Source: Puniceicoccales bacterium (lineage in GTDB: Bacteria; Verrucomicrobiota; Verrucomicrobiia; Opitutales; LL51). From it: 54,685 nt of DNA. Numbering within the stretch: the first letter of the stretch is position 1; every line of letters begins with the position of its first letter. Location of the stretch: assembly GCA_031255005.1 (NCBI GenBank), contig JAIRTH010000019.1, positions 1-54,685 of the forward strand. The letters run 5' to 3'. The position numbers and the translations under genes are program-made. Below, piece after piece: positions 36,748 to 45,321 of the stretch. The notes under the pieces were generated by a model. The model was not told the origin of the DNA. It did no database searches and saw only the letters and a list, made by a program, of their open reading frames with translations.

Positions 36748-38778
36748 ATGGTTGATATGGATGGAAGAAGTCTTGTCTTGATAGGGATGGTAATGGGACT
36801 ATCCCTATCAAGCTATGCCTTGGCCAATAAATACTTACATAATGCAAAAAATGGGCATACTTCGGAGAATAATCAGCCTGCATACGAAGATGATGATGAA
36901 GAGGCTTTGGCTGAATCCAAGACTAAGGTGAATCCTAAGGCGAGAAAATCTAGTGTGAAATCCGTGGCAAATGCTAGCAAAGAAGATAATGACGAAGAGG
37001 CTTTGGTTAAATCCAAGACTAAGGTGAATCCTAAGGCGAGAAAATCTAGTGTGAAATCCGTGGCAAATGCTAGCAAAGAAGATGATGACAAGACTTTGGT
37101 TAAATCCAAGACTAAGGTGAATCCTAAGGCGAGAAAATCTTGTGTGAAGTCCAGGAAATATATTTTGCCAAAAAAGAAGATAGATATAAACGAAAAGAAG
37201 ATAGATATAAACGAACAGTTATCATTTTATATATCTAAAAAGAAATCAGTGGGCATTGTTAACCCAGGGCCACCCAAGTATATTTTTGAAAAAGTATACC
37301 TATCCATCCAAGAACAGAAAGTGGACGCAGCGATGGTATTTTGCTGTTTCAAAACGGATGGTGGCATAAATGATAACTTTAAAATAGACTCGATACACAT
37401 AATCCTGAAAAATGGAGATGTATTTATTTCTTGTAACAAAAGAAAAAGTACAGAAATCCTAGATAAAAAATCACTGGATCAATTAATAGACAAAAATACT
37501 AAATGTTCGACGTTTTTAATGGTAATTGTCAATAATGCGGCCGTAAATTTTATAAAATTAAACGGTGAGGATGGCCAAGATAGAAACATTATGGCCATGT
37601 TGAGTTATATATTAAGGAAAAATAGATATTATAAATTTACATTAAATATATCTGACAGCAAAAGATCAGATCATAAAAATATCACTACCAGATCATATGA
37701 CTTATTACAAGGACAACCTACTAAATTAAATAGCCAAAGCAGTTCTGGAAAAATTATCTGGGAAAAAGTTAAATGCCTATCGCTGGGTTCGTATTGTTTG
37801 TGCAAAGAAGTAATAAAAAAAACCTATCCAATTATTGCCGGTGGCATAGGTATCTGCGTTAAGGGTCTTTTATTGCAAATCACGAAACCAAATGGTCCAA
37901 TTTTCAGCATTGCAGGTAGCATGGGTGACAAAATTTTATCAGGGTTAGAAAACATGGATAATAGCATTGGATCATTTGCAGCAGATAATATTCGTGGAAG
38001 TAAGTTGGGCAGAGAATTATTTTCGATGATCACTACTGGTCTATTTGGTGAATTTACTAATAAATACTTGGACAATTATTCAGATAACCAAATAAAATCA
38101 GGTCTAAATGACCAAGGCATTGTTAACAAGATGGTACATTCAACTGCTGGTTTATTCCGTAATGGACTCGATATATCAACCATGTCCATCACTGAGCCAA
38201 AATTCATTGAATTCATTTGTGATGTCACTAATATTGCCCTAAGTGCCATTGTGGGAGATAATAGCACAGATCGTTTTTTAGACAAAGATAATCCCGAGTA
38301 CCACAAATCCTGGTTTGCCATAGGGAAACAAAATTTTGCTAAAAAGTTAGGCATGTTACCTGGAGTGGGTGGATTTTTAAAAAATGCATTCGAAGATAAG
38401 GAAATGAGTCTAAAGGAAGCCCGTCAAGAAGAAGTTGCCCGAAGGGAAGATTACAAAAGAGCCAAAGATTGCTTGGATAGATATATAAAAAGAAAAAAGA
38501 CACAAGAAGATGATCCTACACTGAAAACTCTCAAATTAGCCATGGAAGTTGCTGAGCTTAGATCCATGAGAGCTGGATATAAAACCCAGATCATTGATTT
38601 TAAAATTGATAGCCAATCCTACCAAGATGAAACTAAAAAAAATAATATAGAAAAAAGCCTAAAAGATACGGAAAGTAATATTTATGATAAGAAAGCCGAA
38701 ATAATAAAAATTATGCAACAAAACAAATTGAAAATTTTGGATAATCTTAGGAAAAAATATGAAAATAACAATATATGA
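36748..38778 (+). CDS. orphan exported protein A (676 aa): signal peptide, Lys-rich tandem repeats, N-domain, central hydrophobic segment, coiled-coil C-terminus
   Basis: Long uninterrupted ORF in AT-rich DNA. N-terminus SLVLIGMVMGLSLSSYALA; 32/31-aa repeats; central YPIIAGGIGICVKGLLLQI; heptad-like Lys/Glu-rich tail. I recognise no family. Confidence 0.65.
   Translation: MVDMDGRSLVLIGMVMGLSLSSYALANKYLHNAKNGHTSENNQPAYEDDDEEALAESKTKVNPKARKSSVKSVANASKEDNDEEALVKSKTKVNPKARKSSVKSVANASKEDDDKTLVKSKTKVNPKARKSCVKSRKYILPKKKIDINEKKIDINEQLSFYISKKKSVGIVNPGPPKYIFEKVYLSIQEQKVDAAMVFCCFKTDGGINDNFKIDSIHIILKNGDVFISCNKRKSTEILDKKSLDQLIDKNTKCSTFLMVIVNNAAVNFIKLNGEDGQDRNIMAMLSYILRKNRYYKFTLNISDSKRSDHKNITTRSYDLLQGQPTKLNSQSSSGKIIWEKVKCLSLGSYCLCKEVIKKTYPIIAGGIGICVKGLLLQITKPNGPIFSIAGSMGDKILSGLENMDNSIGSFAADNIRGSKLGRELFSMITTGLFGEFTNKYLDNYSDNQIKSGLNDQGIVNKMVHSTAGLFRNGLDISTMSITEPKFIEFICDVTNIALSAIVGDNSTDRFLDKDNPEYHKSWFAIGKQNFAKKLGMLPGVGGFLKNAFEDKEMSLKEARQEEVARREDYKRAKDCLDRYIKRKKTQEDDPTLKTLKLAMEVAELRSMRAGYKTQIIDFKIDSQSYQDETKKNNIEKSLKDTESNIYDKKAEIIKIMQQNKLKILDNLRKKYENNNI
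36898..37152 (+). repeat. in-frame tandem repeat, 96/96/93-bp register, about 2.7 copies (plus a 21-bp x2 repeat at 37174-37215)
   Basis: atccaagactaaggtgaatcctaaggcgagaaaatct recurs at 36915, 37011 and 37104. It encodes (E/K)(E/T)AL(A/V)(E/K)SKTKVNPKARKS(S/C)VKSVANASKED(N/D)D. aagaagatagatataaacgaa is duplicated head-to-tail at 37174 and 37195. Confidence 0.9.
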
Positions 38779-38825
38779 TGGTGAATTTATGAGTTTAACT
38801 TTGGAAATGATAAAAGGAAACGAAA

Positions 38826-40574
38826 ATGAAAATAAAAACTAAAATATTAACTCTATATTTAATAACGGTAATATTATGTCACTTAGGTAGTTATACCCAT
38901 GCTTATTATGATTCTCAAAGCGAAGATGACGAATATTCAGAAGATTACAGCCAGCTGGAGGATTACGGCTGGCCAGAACGTAATAGTGAACCATTGCAGT
39001 TAAATAAATTTTCGAGAGCCAATGAAAATGCTTTTCCGTGTAATTTTATTAAAGAAAGTTACAAATTTAAATATGAAGACAATCAGGAATTTAGTAAATC
39101 TAGAAAGAATATTTGGAATGAAATATACAATTATATAGCCTTTTATAAACGAGCTGAAAACACAAATACCGAGCCTATAGATAGAGTTATTTTAGATGGA
39201 AAAGTAATTTTAAAAAATGAAACCATAGAATATATAGACATTATATATGCCACTGGAGATATCTATGTTTCATCTAGGGGTGGAAAAGATTTAGAGTATT
39301 TAAAACCGCAAACCAATGCTAAGTATAAACATTTTCATGGTAAAAAAGAATATTTTAGCTATGCAGAATTGCCGAGCTCTTCAGTGCCTTTAATCGTTTT
39401 GGAACATAAATCTCCCTATATGGACAAAAAAGTTTTTTATACGCAAAACATCAATGGTATTGGTAATTTCACGAATAAAATAAAGTCAACTAAGTTTAAA
39501 AAAATTGGTAATATAGAAGATTTTTTTGCGAAGGAACACGTGCCTTTGGAGCCGTCGGTATCTTACGGTACGCCTGCGTTTTTTAGGGCTACCGCTTCCA
39601 ATGTTGTTATTAATAGTCCGCAGTCGCCTGGTATATTGAGTCGCGCTTTGAAGGGCGCTGGTTCATTTATTTGGCGTAATAAAGATAAAATTGCGCTGAT
39701 AGGTTATTCAATTGCATCTAATTACTCTCCATTTATGCCACTCATTGCAAGCGGCATCAGATGTATCGCTGGTAAAAGGATTGATATCAATGGAAAAAGA
39801 ATACATAATATGGTCAATGTTGTGAAAGAATTAACAATGAAAGGAAAAAAAATTATTGATAGATTTGAATTTCTGAAAAAAGAATTCGATAAAATAACAG
39901 GTTTCTCTAGTTTTGGCCAATGGGGTATCTACAATAATATAAAGACAATTGAAACCACTGTCAGTGGCATCGTAAACCTAGTTGATCGTACTTGTAATTA
40001 TAAGAGCGATAGCGACGACGAAGATCTCAAAGACTATTTCGGAGATGAATATTGTGAGGGTTTAACCAAAGAAAGGAGAAAATTGATAAATGATATCAAT
40101 GATTTATATGATGATCCTAGTAAAGTATATGCTATGGACGTTGGTTATCTAAGGGTAATTTTAAATGACTTAAAAGGGCCAATTTTTGAGAGTTTGATAA
40201 ATATGGGTAAAAATTTTTCTTGGATGAAAGGTAGCTTTAGAGCGAAAAATGATACCAATGCTATAGCTTCTAATATTACCGAAAAATATATGATCTTTTA
40301 TCTGAATAATATTGTCAGGATGACATATTTGATGATAATAATTGACACTAAAATTGGCGAAAAAGAAGAAAATATTTTTAATAAATATAAAGAATATTTA
40401 AAATGCGATTTAATCGATGAATTTGAATATAACGAAGAGAAGAGTGATGCAAGTGTCAAAACTCTTCTTCTTGAGTATAATACACCAGAACTGAGAATTA
40501 ATCGTATCAAGGAATTAACCAAAAAAATTAAAAGAATTAGAGAAGAAATTAAAAAAACTAAGAAAAAAATATAA
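38826..40574 (+). CDS. orphan exported protein B (582 aa)
   Basis: AGGA Shine-Dalgarno 8 nt upstream. Signal-like KILTLYLITVILCHLGSYTHA; acidic stretch; central hydrophobic IALIGYSIASNYSPFMPLIASGIRCIAG; C-terminal module DYFGDEYC...LYDDP...ELTKKIKRIREEIKK. I recognise no family. Confidence 0.65.
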   Translation: MKIKTKILTLYLITVILCHLGSYTHAYYDSQSEDDEYSEDYSQLEDYGWPERNSEPLQLNKFSRANENAFPCNFIKESYKFKYEDNQEFSKSRKNIWNEIYNYIAFYKRAENTNTEPIDRVILDGKVILKNETIEYIDIIYATGDIYVSSRGGKDLEYLKPQTNAKYKHFHGKKEYFSYAELPSSSVPLIVLEHKSPYMDKKVFYTQNINGIGNFTNKIKSTKFKKIGNIEDFFAKEHVPLEPSVSYGTPAFFRATASNVVINSPQSPGILSRALKGAGSFIWRNKDKIALIGYSIASNYSPFMPLIASGIRCIAGKRIDINGKRIHNMVNVVKELTMKGKKIIDRFEFLKKEFDKITGFSSFGQWGIYNNIKTIETTVSGIVNLVDRTCNYKSDSDDEDLKDYFGDEYCEGLTKERRKLINDINDLYDDPSKVYAMDVGYLRVILNDLKGPIFESLINMGKNFSWMKGSFRAKNDTNAIASNITEKYMIFYLNNIVRMTYLMIIIDTKIGEKEENIFNKYKEYLKCDLIDEFEYNEEKSDASVKTLLLEYNTPELRINRIKELTKKIKRIREEIKKTKKKI

Positions 40575-40599
40575 AATAAACAATAAAATAGGAGGGATT

Positions 40600-43500
40600 A
40601 TGAGAACAAGAAAAATTATTTTAGGATTGTTATGGATAATACTATGTATCCCCAATACTAACGGCAATGGTAGTAATAGAGGGAGACGGAGTGATTATAA
40701 ATCTAAACAATTCGATAAAAGGTCTATGAATAGTTATGGATTGCAAGGAAGTCAAATACCTAACGGCAATGGTAGTAATAGCGGGGGATGGAGTGATTAT
40801 AAATCATTCTTGCCTCGTCGACGCTCTAATATGCCAAAACCTAAAAATATTTTTTCGCAAGAGATAGAAAGTTTCAAAGGAGTTTTTTGTGATATGTACA
40901 AAAGAATACCTGATTCTGATGAGCTATGCGTTTTATTAATACGCAATAATTCTGTTCAGGATAGAGAAGAAGTTAGATCGGTTAAAGATGCCTTAAAGGC
41001 TGATTTGATGTACATAATAATGAAAAATGGTTATGTATATAAGACCTTTCCAGATTATCGACATGAAGAGTATGCTAAATTTAATAAATTAGTGTATGAA
41101 TCTGCCAAATTGCTAGGAGAAAAAGGCAAATATTTAATATGTTCTATTACAAAAGGAGATAGCGGCATCAGCAATATTTCAGAACAAGATGGCCGCATTT
41201 ATAATATTCGTAATAATATGAACCAAAAAGCTTTATTTGATGAACAGGAAAATGACATAAGAAGTGATAGATTTAAATACTGTTGTGTCATATATAGTAT
41301 AAATGAACAGATGCCCATGGTCATGCCCAGTGGCATGAAGAAAAGGCCTATTAAGCGGAATGAGTCTATACCTACAATTGATACCTCAATGGACAGTTCT
41401 TTTAAATGGAAACCAGTTCAGCCCAATGCGCCGCAGCAAAGTAAATTTCAGAGAGCTTTTTCTTCGGTAAAGTCATTTGTTAAAGGACATAAAACTGCCA
41501 TAATAGTTGGAGCTGGTGCAGCGGCTAGTGCAGCCATTGGCGCATACTTTGGCCCGGAGATCAAAAATTTTGCATCATCCGCCTTTGGAAAATTGAAAGA
41601 TTATTTTGACAATGCCAAGGATAATCATAACCAGATACTGGGGATACCAGAGACACCAGCATTAGCGTCGTTTTCAGCCGAAAAATCATCGATAATACCA
41701 CCGACAGTGGTCACGCCAGAAACGCCATCAACGGCTCTGATGTTATATCAAGATGATCAATCTACCGCGGAGAAAGCTGCGAATTTCTTTAAATCAAATC
41801 CAAAAATAGTCATTCCATCGGAACAAAAAGTAGTCAGGATTGTCGAGGAAAGTAAACAGTTTAAAGAGAAGCAGAAAGAAAATCAGGAGAGGGAAGATGC
41901 CATGAAGGATGATATGAAAAAACTATACGGTAAAATAGGCTATATTAATAGCATAATAAACTCCGAAAATAATGAGCTAACTGGCATTGAAAATAAATAC
42001 AAAGAATATTTACGGGTTTTAACCAATGGAGCAAATGATCATAATGCATTGGTAGAGAAAAAGATAGATGAAGTTGGTAAGGAATATGTTGATTGGGTTA
42101 ACAACAATGTGGATGATTGTCAATATGCTTACAGAGCTAAAATAGATTCAGATGCTGGACTTATATACTCGGAAATGCTTCCCGATGGAGAAGGAAACCT
42201 AAAAGATCTATGTGAGGAATTTGATGATAAATATGGTAATGTAAAAGAATCTATGTTAGGTAGATATAATGAGGCTAAAAGAAAGTTTGATGCGTTATGT
42301 AAACGTTATTACTCAGTAAAGAAAAGTGCTATGGAATTAGGATACAGTGTTACAGAAATTATGGAAAAAAGGAAAAATCTGTTTATAAAAAATCCGTTTA
42401 TAAATGATGGATCAAGTGGTAACAGTACATTCTATACAGCTAATATAGTTAATGACGAAGTTAATGACGAAGTTAATGACAAAGTTAATGAAGGATCTAT
42501 TTGGTCCCGATTGGGTAATATGGTAAATTCTGTGAAAAAATCTGCAAGTGATACGGTAGAATTTATGAAAAAATCTGCAAATGATACGGTAGAATTTGTG
42601 AAAAACAAATATGATAATGTAACTCAAAATGTTGGGTCTAGTTTATCAGAACTTGAATCCAAGTTGAGGAATAATTTTAGTAGTTTAAATACGACTAATA
42701 ATATGACTAATGTTAGCTATAATTATACTAATAATACTACTACTAATGAACCTCAGTCCGAAAGTGATATGGCAAAACAAAATGAGCAACACCTATTAAG
42801 GTTGCTTGATGATGACTATTGGACTATGGATCGTGCAATTAAAGAGGTGAATGATGTTATTAGAAAATATAAGGAATATAATAAAATTTTAACCAATATC
42901 CTTAAGGAAGAAAACCAAAAAATGGCTATTACTAACCGTTTCAATGAAGCCAATGGTAAATATTCTGATCTGTTTGATAAGTCTTTTAATAAGTTTAATG
43001 AAATATTCGACATTAAATTAGATAAGGTTAAATCAATTGAGAAAGATCTCCGTCTGCTTGAGAGTCAAAAAATAGACTGTAATAGCTTAAGGAAAAAAAT
43101 GAATGAATATAATGTTAAACTTGATAATTTGAAAGTACTATGCGATAGCAGGCATGGATTGGAAATAGAAGCTAATAATCTTAAAAATGAAATTTTTATG
43201 AAATTAGAAAATATAGAGAACATTGACAAGGAGGATTTTGGGGAAAATTATTGTAGAAATATTACTGAGACAAAACGATCTATGATGGAAAAAGTTAGGT
43301 CGCTGTATTCCAATCCAGGAACGGCCCGCAATTTTACCTCCGAAGAGTTGGAAAAATTTTTTACAGAAATAGACACTATTAGAAATAGCATCCATAAATA
43401 TTCGAAAAAAATTAGTAAACATTTCAGCATGGAATACAACTATCGGAGAAAAATAGTCGATCTATCATTTCAGAGAATTTCGGCTCTATACTTTGTTATT

Positions 43501-43689
43501 GGAATAGCATTGGATAAGCTTGGCCATGCGAGATATGACACCAATGCTGATTCGGAGAATAGAGGAAAATATATCGATGGAGATGAACTAAATAAAATGG
43601 CTAGTAGAATACAAAGTGTCATTGATTTTAATAAAGAGATATATAATACCAGAAAATCCTCAGGCGCATATAAATATTTGGATTATTAA
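40600..43689 (+). CDS. orphan exported protein C (1029 aa), coiled-coil rich
   Basis: Strong GGAGG Shine-Dalgarno. Signal-like MRTRKIILGLLWIILCIPN; NGNGSN..SDYKS duplicated; central TAIIVGAGAAASAAIGAYFG; long heptad-like regions; internal repeats; C-terminal FGENYC...LYSNP module. I recognise no family. Confidence 0.7.
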   Translation: MRTRKIILGLLWIILCIPNTNGNGSNRGRRSDYKSKQFDKRSMNSYGLQGSQIPNGNGSNSGGWSDYKSFLPRRRSNMPKPKNIFSQEIESFKGVFCDMYKRIPDSDELCVLLIRNNSVQDREEVRSVKDALKADLMYIIMKNGYVYKTFPDYRHEEYAKFNKLVYESAKLLGEKGKYLICSITKGDSGISNISEQDGRIYNIRNNMNQKALFDEQENDIRSDRFKYCCVIYSINEQMPMVMPSGMKKRPIKRNESIPTIDTSMDSSFKWKPVQPNAPQQSKFQRAFSSVKSFVKGHKTAIIVGAGAAASAAIGAYFGPEIKNFASSAFGKLKDYFDNAKDNHNQILGIPETPALASFSAEKSSIIPPTVVTPETPSTALMLYQDDQSTAEKAANFFKSNPKIVIPSEQKVVRIVEESKQFKEKQKENQEREDAMKDDMKKLYGKIGYINSIINSENNELTGIENKYKEYLRVLTNGANDHNALVEKKIDEVGKEYVDWVNNNVDDCQYAYRAKIDSDAGLIYSEMLPDGEGNLKDLCEEFDDKYGNVKESMLGRYNEAKRKFDALCKRYYSVKKSAMELGYSVTEIMEKRKNLFIKNPFINDGSSGNSTFYTANIVNDEVNDEVNDKVNEGSIWSRLGNMVNSVKKSASDTVEFMKKSANDTVEFVKNKYDNVTQNVGSSLSELESKLRNNFSSLNTTNNMTNVSYNYTNNTTTNEPQSESDMAKQNEQHLLRLLDDDYWTMDRAIKEVNDVIRKYKEYNKILTNILKEENQKMAITNRFNEANGKYSDLFDKSFNKFNEIFDIKLDKVKSIEKDLRLLESQKIDCNSLRKKMNEYNVKLDNLKVLCDSRHGLEIEANNLKNEIFMKLENIENIDKEDFGENYCRNITETKRSMMEKVRSLYSNPGTARNFTSEELEKFFTEIDTIRNSIHKYSKKISKHFSMEYNYRRKIVDLSFQRISALYFVIGIALDKLGHARYDTNADSENRGKYIDGDELNKMASRIQSVIDFNKEIYNTRKSSGAYKYLDY
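42448..42600 (+). repeat. in-frame micro/minisatellites inside ORF C: 12-bp unit x4 (42448-42495) and 33-bp unit x2 (42535-42600)
   Basis: gttaatgacgaa gttaatgacgaa gttaatgacaaa gttaatgaagga encodes (VNDE)2 VNDK VNEG. aaaaaatctgcaa(g/a)tgatacggtagaattt(a/g)tg x2 encodes KKSASDTVEFM KKSANDTVEFV. Confidence 0.9.
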
Positions 43690-43715
43690 AAAATCTAGTT
43701 GTTAAAACTGATGCC

Positions 43716-43763
43716 GGCCAGAATAGGATTTCCCTATTATCCAAGGGAAAATTTATTCTGGCC
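43716..43763 (+). other. 48-nt near-perfect hairpin between ORF C and ORF D (possible terminator/attenuator or RNA processing site)
   Basis: In GGCCAGAATAGGATTTCCCT-ATTATCCA-AGGGAAAATTTATTCTGGCC I paired, by hand, 17 Watson-Crick pairs, 2 G-U pairs and 1 mismatch over 20 positions, with an 8-nt loop. No U-tract follows. Confidence 0.5.
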
Positions 43764-43807
43764 TAAATGTGTTTGCAATTGAATCGGTATTTAATAGAAT
43801 TTTTAAC

Positions 43808-45229
43808 ATGGAAATGCGAAAAATAGGGAAAATTATCTTAGGTTTACTATGGATAATATTATGTATGCCAAATTCTAATGGTAGTTATAGTGATCGGCAT
43901 GAATTTCCTAAGATAGAGCAAAAATATAGCATAGTTAATAGAGTGAAAAATTTTTTCACTTCATCTAGAGTTGCTAGCCTAGGCCTAACTGAGAAGGCAA
44001 AAGAATTGATCGAGACAGTAAGAGGTTTTGGCGAAGATATGATCGAAAGAGTAAGAAGAACTGAAAAATCAAAGGATATGATCATAGGTAAGGATTTGTG
44101 TAAGCGTTTAGATTCTTTTATAGAAAGGATATCGAATGCAATAATAAATATTTCCACAACTATAGATGATATGCAAAAGGTCCGCAGATGTATTACTGAC
44201 GAAACGGCATTTAGTAACATTGAAGACTCGAAGGGAAAGTACTATGAAGCCATTGGAGAGCTTTGCAGAAAATATATGGTATATAGATGTCGTGATTATA
44301 ATGAAATTAAAGAAATGTACGACAGCATAAGGTTAAGAAAGATTAAAGAAATAAGCGATGATATACATAATTTTGAGGAAACATATAAAAAAGAAGGAAA
44401 AAATGATAAAAATTTATATGAAATAAATAAGCGGTTTGAGATTTTTATTAATAAATATAACAAGTTTAGAGATATAGTAGATGAAATGATTTGGGAAATT
44501 TGTGCAATTAGAGGAAGTGCTATAATGATAATGACTCAATTGCTCGAAGAAATTGAAGAGTGTAAGATACAAGATTCATTGCCAGATATAAATGCTTCGT
44601 TGTCGAAAAATTTATTTAAAAGATTTTTTAATACGAGAGGAAATGAGAATGAGATACATGATATGCTCAATTTCTTTCAAGAAAAAATTAAAATGATAGA
44701 CGATAATATTGCTAAGTTTGATGCAATATTTGACAGAATAATAGAAGGTAATGGCGGTGACAGGGAAGCATTTGAAGCAGTAATTAAAAACTATGCTGAT
44801 ATGAAGTCTTTTGAAAATGTTAAGCATATTTTTGATGTTTATAAAAATGCTGAAAAATATATGGTGAATAGCTTTGAATCTTACTGTCGATTGGAGAAAA
44901 GATATGGTATATTTGCGAAATGGCACAATAAACTAAGAGAGAATGTCTTGAATTTTTGTACTAAATTTAGGAATAATATAGAAAAGTCTTATGAGTGGAA
45001 TAGCTATAAAATGATGTATGAAAAATTTTACTCGCAGAGGTATAAAATAAATAAAATAGCAATGAAAGTTTCAAGAATGATGATAATGACGGAACTTTCT
45101 GGGATAAGCGATGCTGGTTTTGAAAAATATAATGTAGGCGATAAGGTCGTAGAAATACTAAGTGAAATTGTATCGAAAGATTTAAGCAAAGCGCTAAAGG
45201 AAGAGCATGAAAATTTCTGTGAAAAGTAA
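43808..45229 (+). CDS. orphan exported protein D (about 473 aa), all-helical/coiled-coil
   Basis: Start set at ATG 43808 (MEMRKIGKIILGLLWIILCMPNSNG) because this N-terminus is near-identical to that of ORF C. The ORF-track GTG at 43769 abuts the hairpin. I recognise no family. Confidence 0.6.
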   Translation: MEMRKIGKIILGLLWIILCMPNSNGSYSDRHEFPKIEQKYSIVNRVKNFFTSSRVASLGLTEKAKELIETVRGFGEDMIERVRRTEKSKDMIIGKDLCKRLDSFIERISNAIINISTTIDDMQKVRRCITDETAFSNIEDSKGKYYEAIGELCRKYMVYRCRDYNEIKEMYDSIRLRKIKEISDDIHNFEETYKKEGKNDKNLYEINKRFEIFINKYNKFRDIVDEMIWEICAIRGSAIMIMTQLLEEIEECKIQDSLPDINASLSKNLFKRFFNTRGNENEIHDMLNFFQEKIKMIDDNIAKFDAIFDRIIEGNGGDREAFEAVIKNYADMKSFENVKHIFDVYKNAEKYMVNSFESYCRLEKRYGIFAKWHNKLRENVLNFCTKFRNNIEKSYEWNSYKMMYEKFYSQRYKINKIAMKVSRMMIMTELSGISDAGFEKYNVGDKVVEILSEIVSKDLSKALKEEHENFCEK

Positions 45230-45321
45230 TCTTTTAAAAATGATGAACTAGCATGAAATGATCTTATTTTCGTAGGCATGCTTACCGTTGAACAATATTT
45301 AATAGAATTTTAAAAAAAATT

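Noticed and set aside
36873-37109. 78-aa minus-strand ORF with its own internal repeats
   Set aside because: It is an artefact of the tandem repeat in ORF A read in antisense. The sense frame continues as a 676-aa ORF.
43769-43807. GTG start for ORF D as in the ORF track
   Set aside because: It would add 13 residues ahead of a signal peptide that otherwise matches ORF C from its first Met, and it begins 6 nt after the hairpin. ATG 43808 (or 43814) is more plausible.
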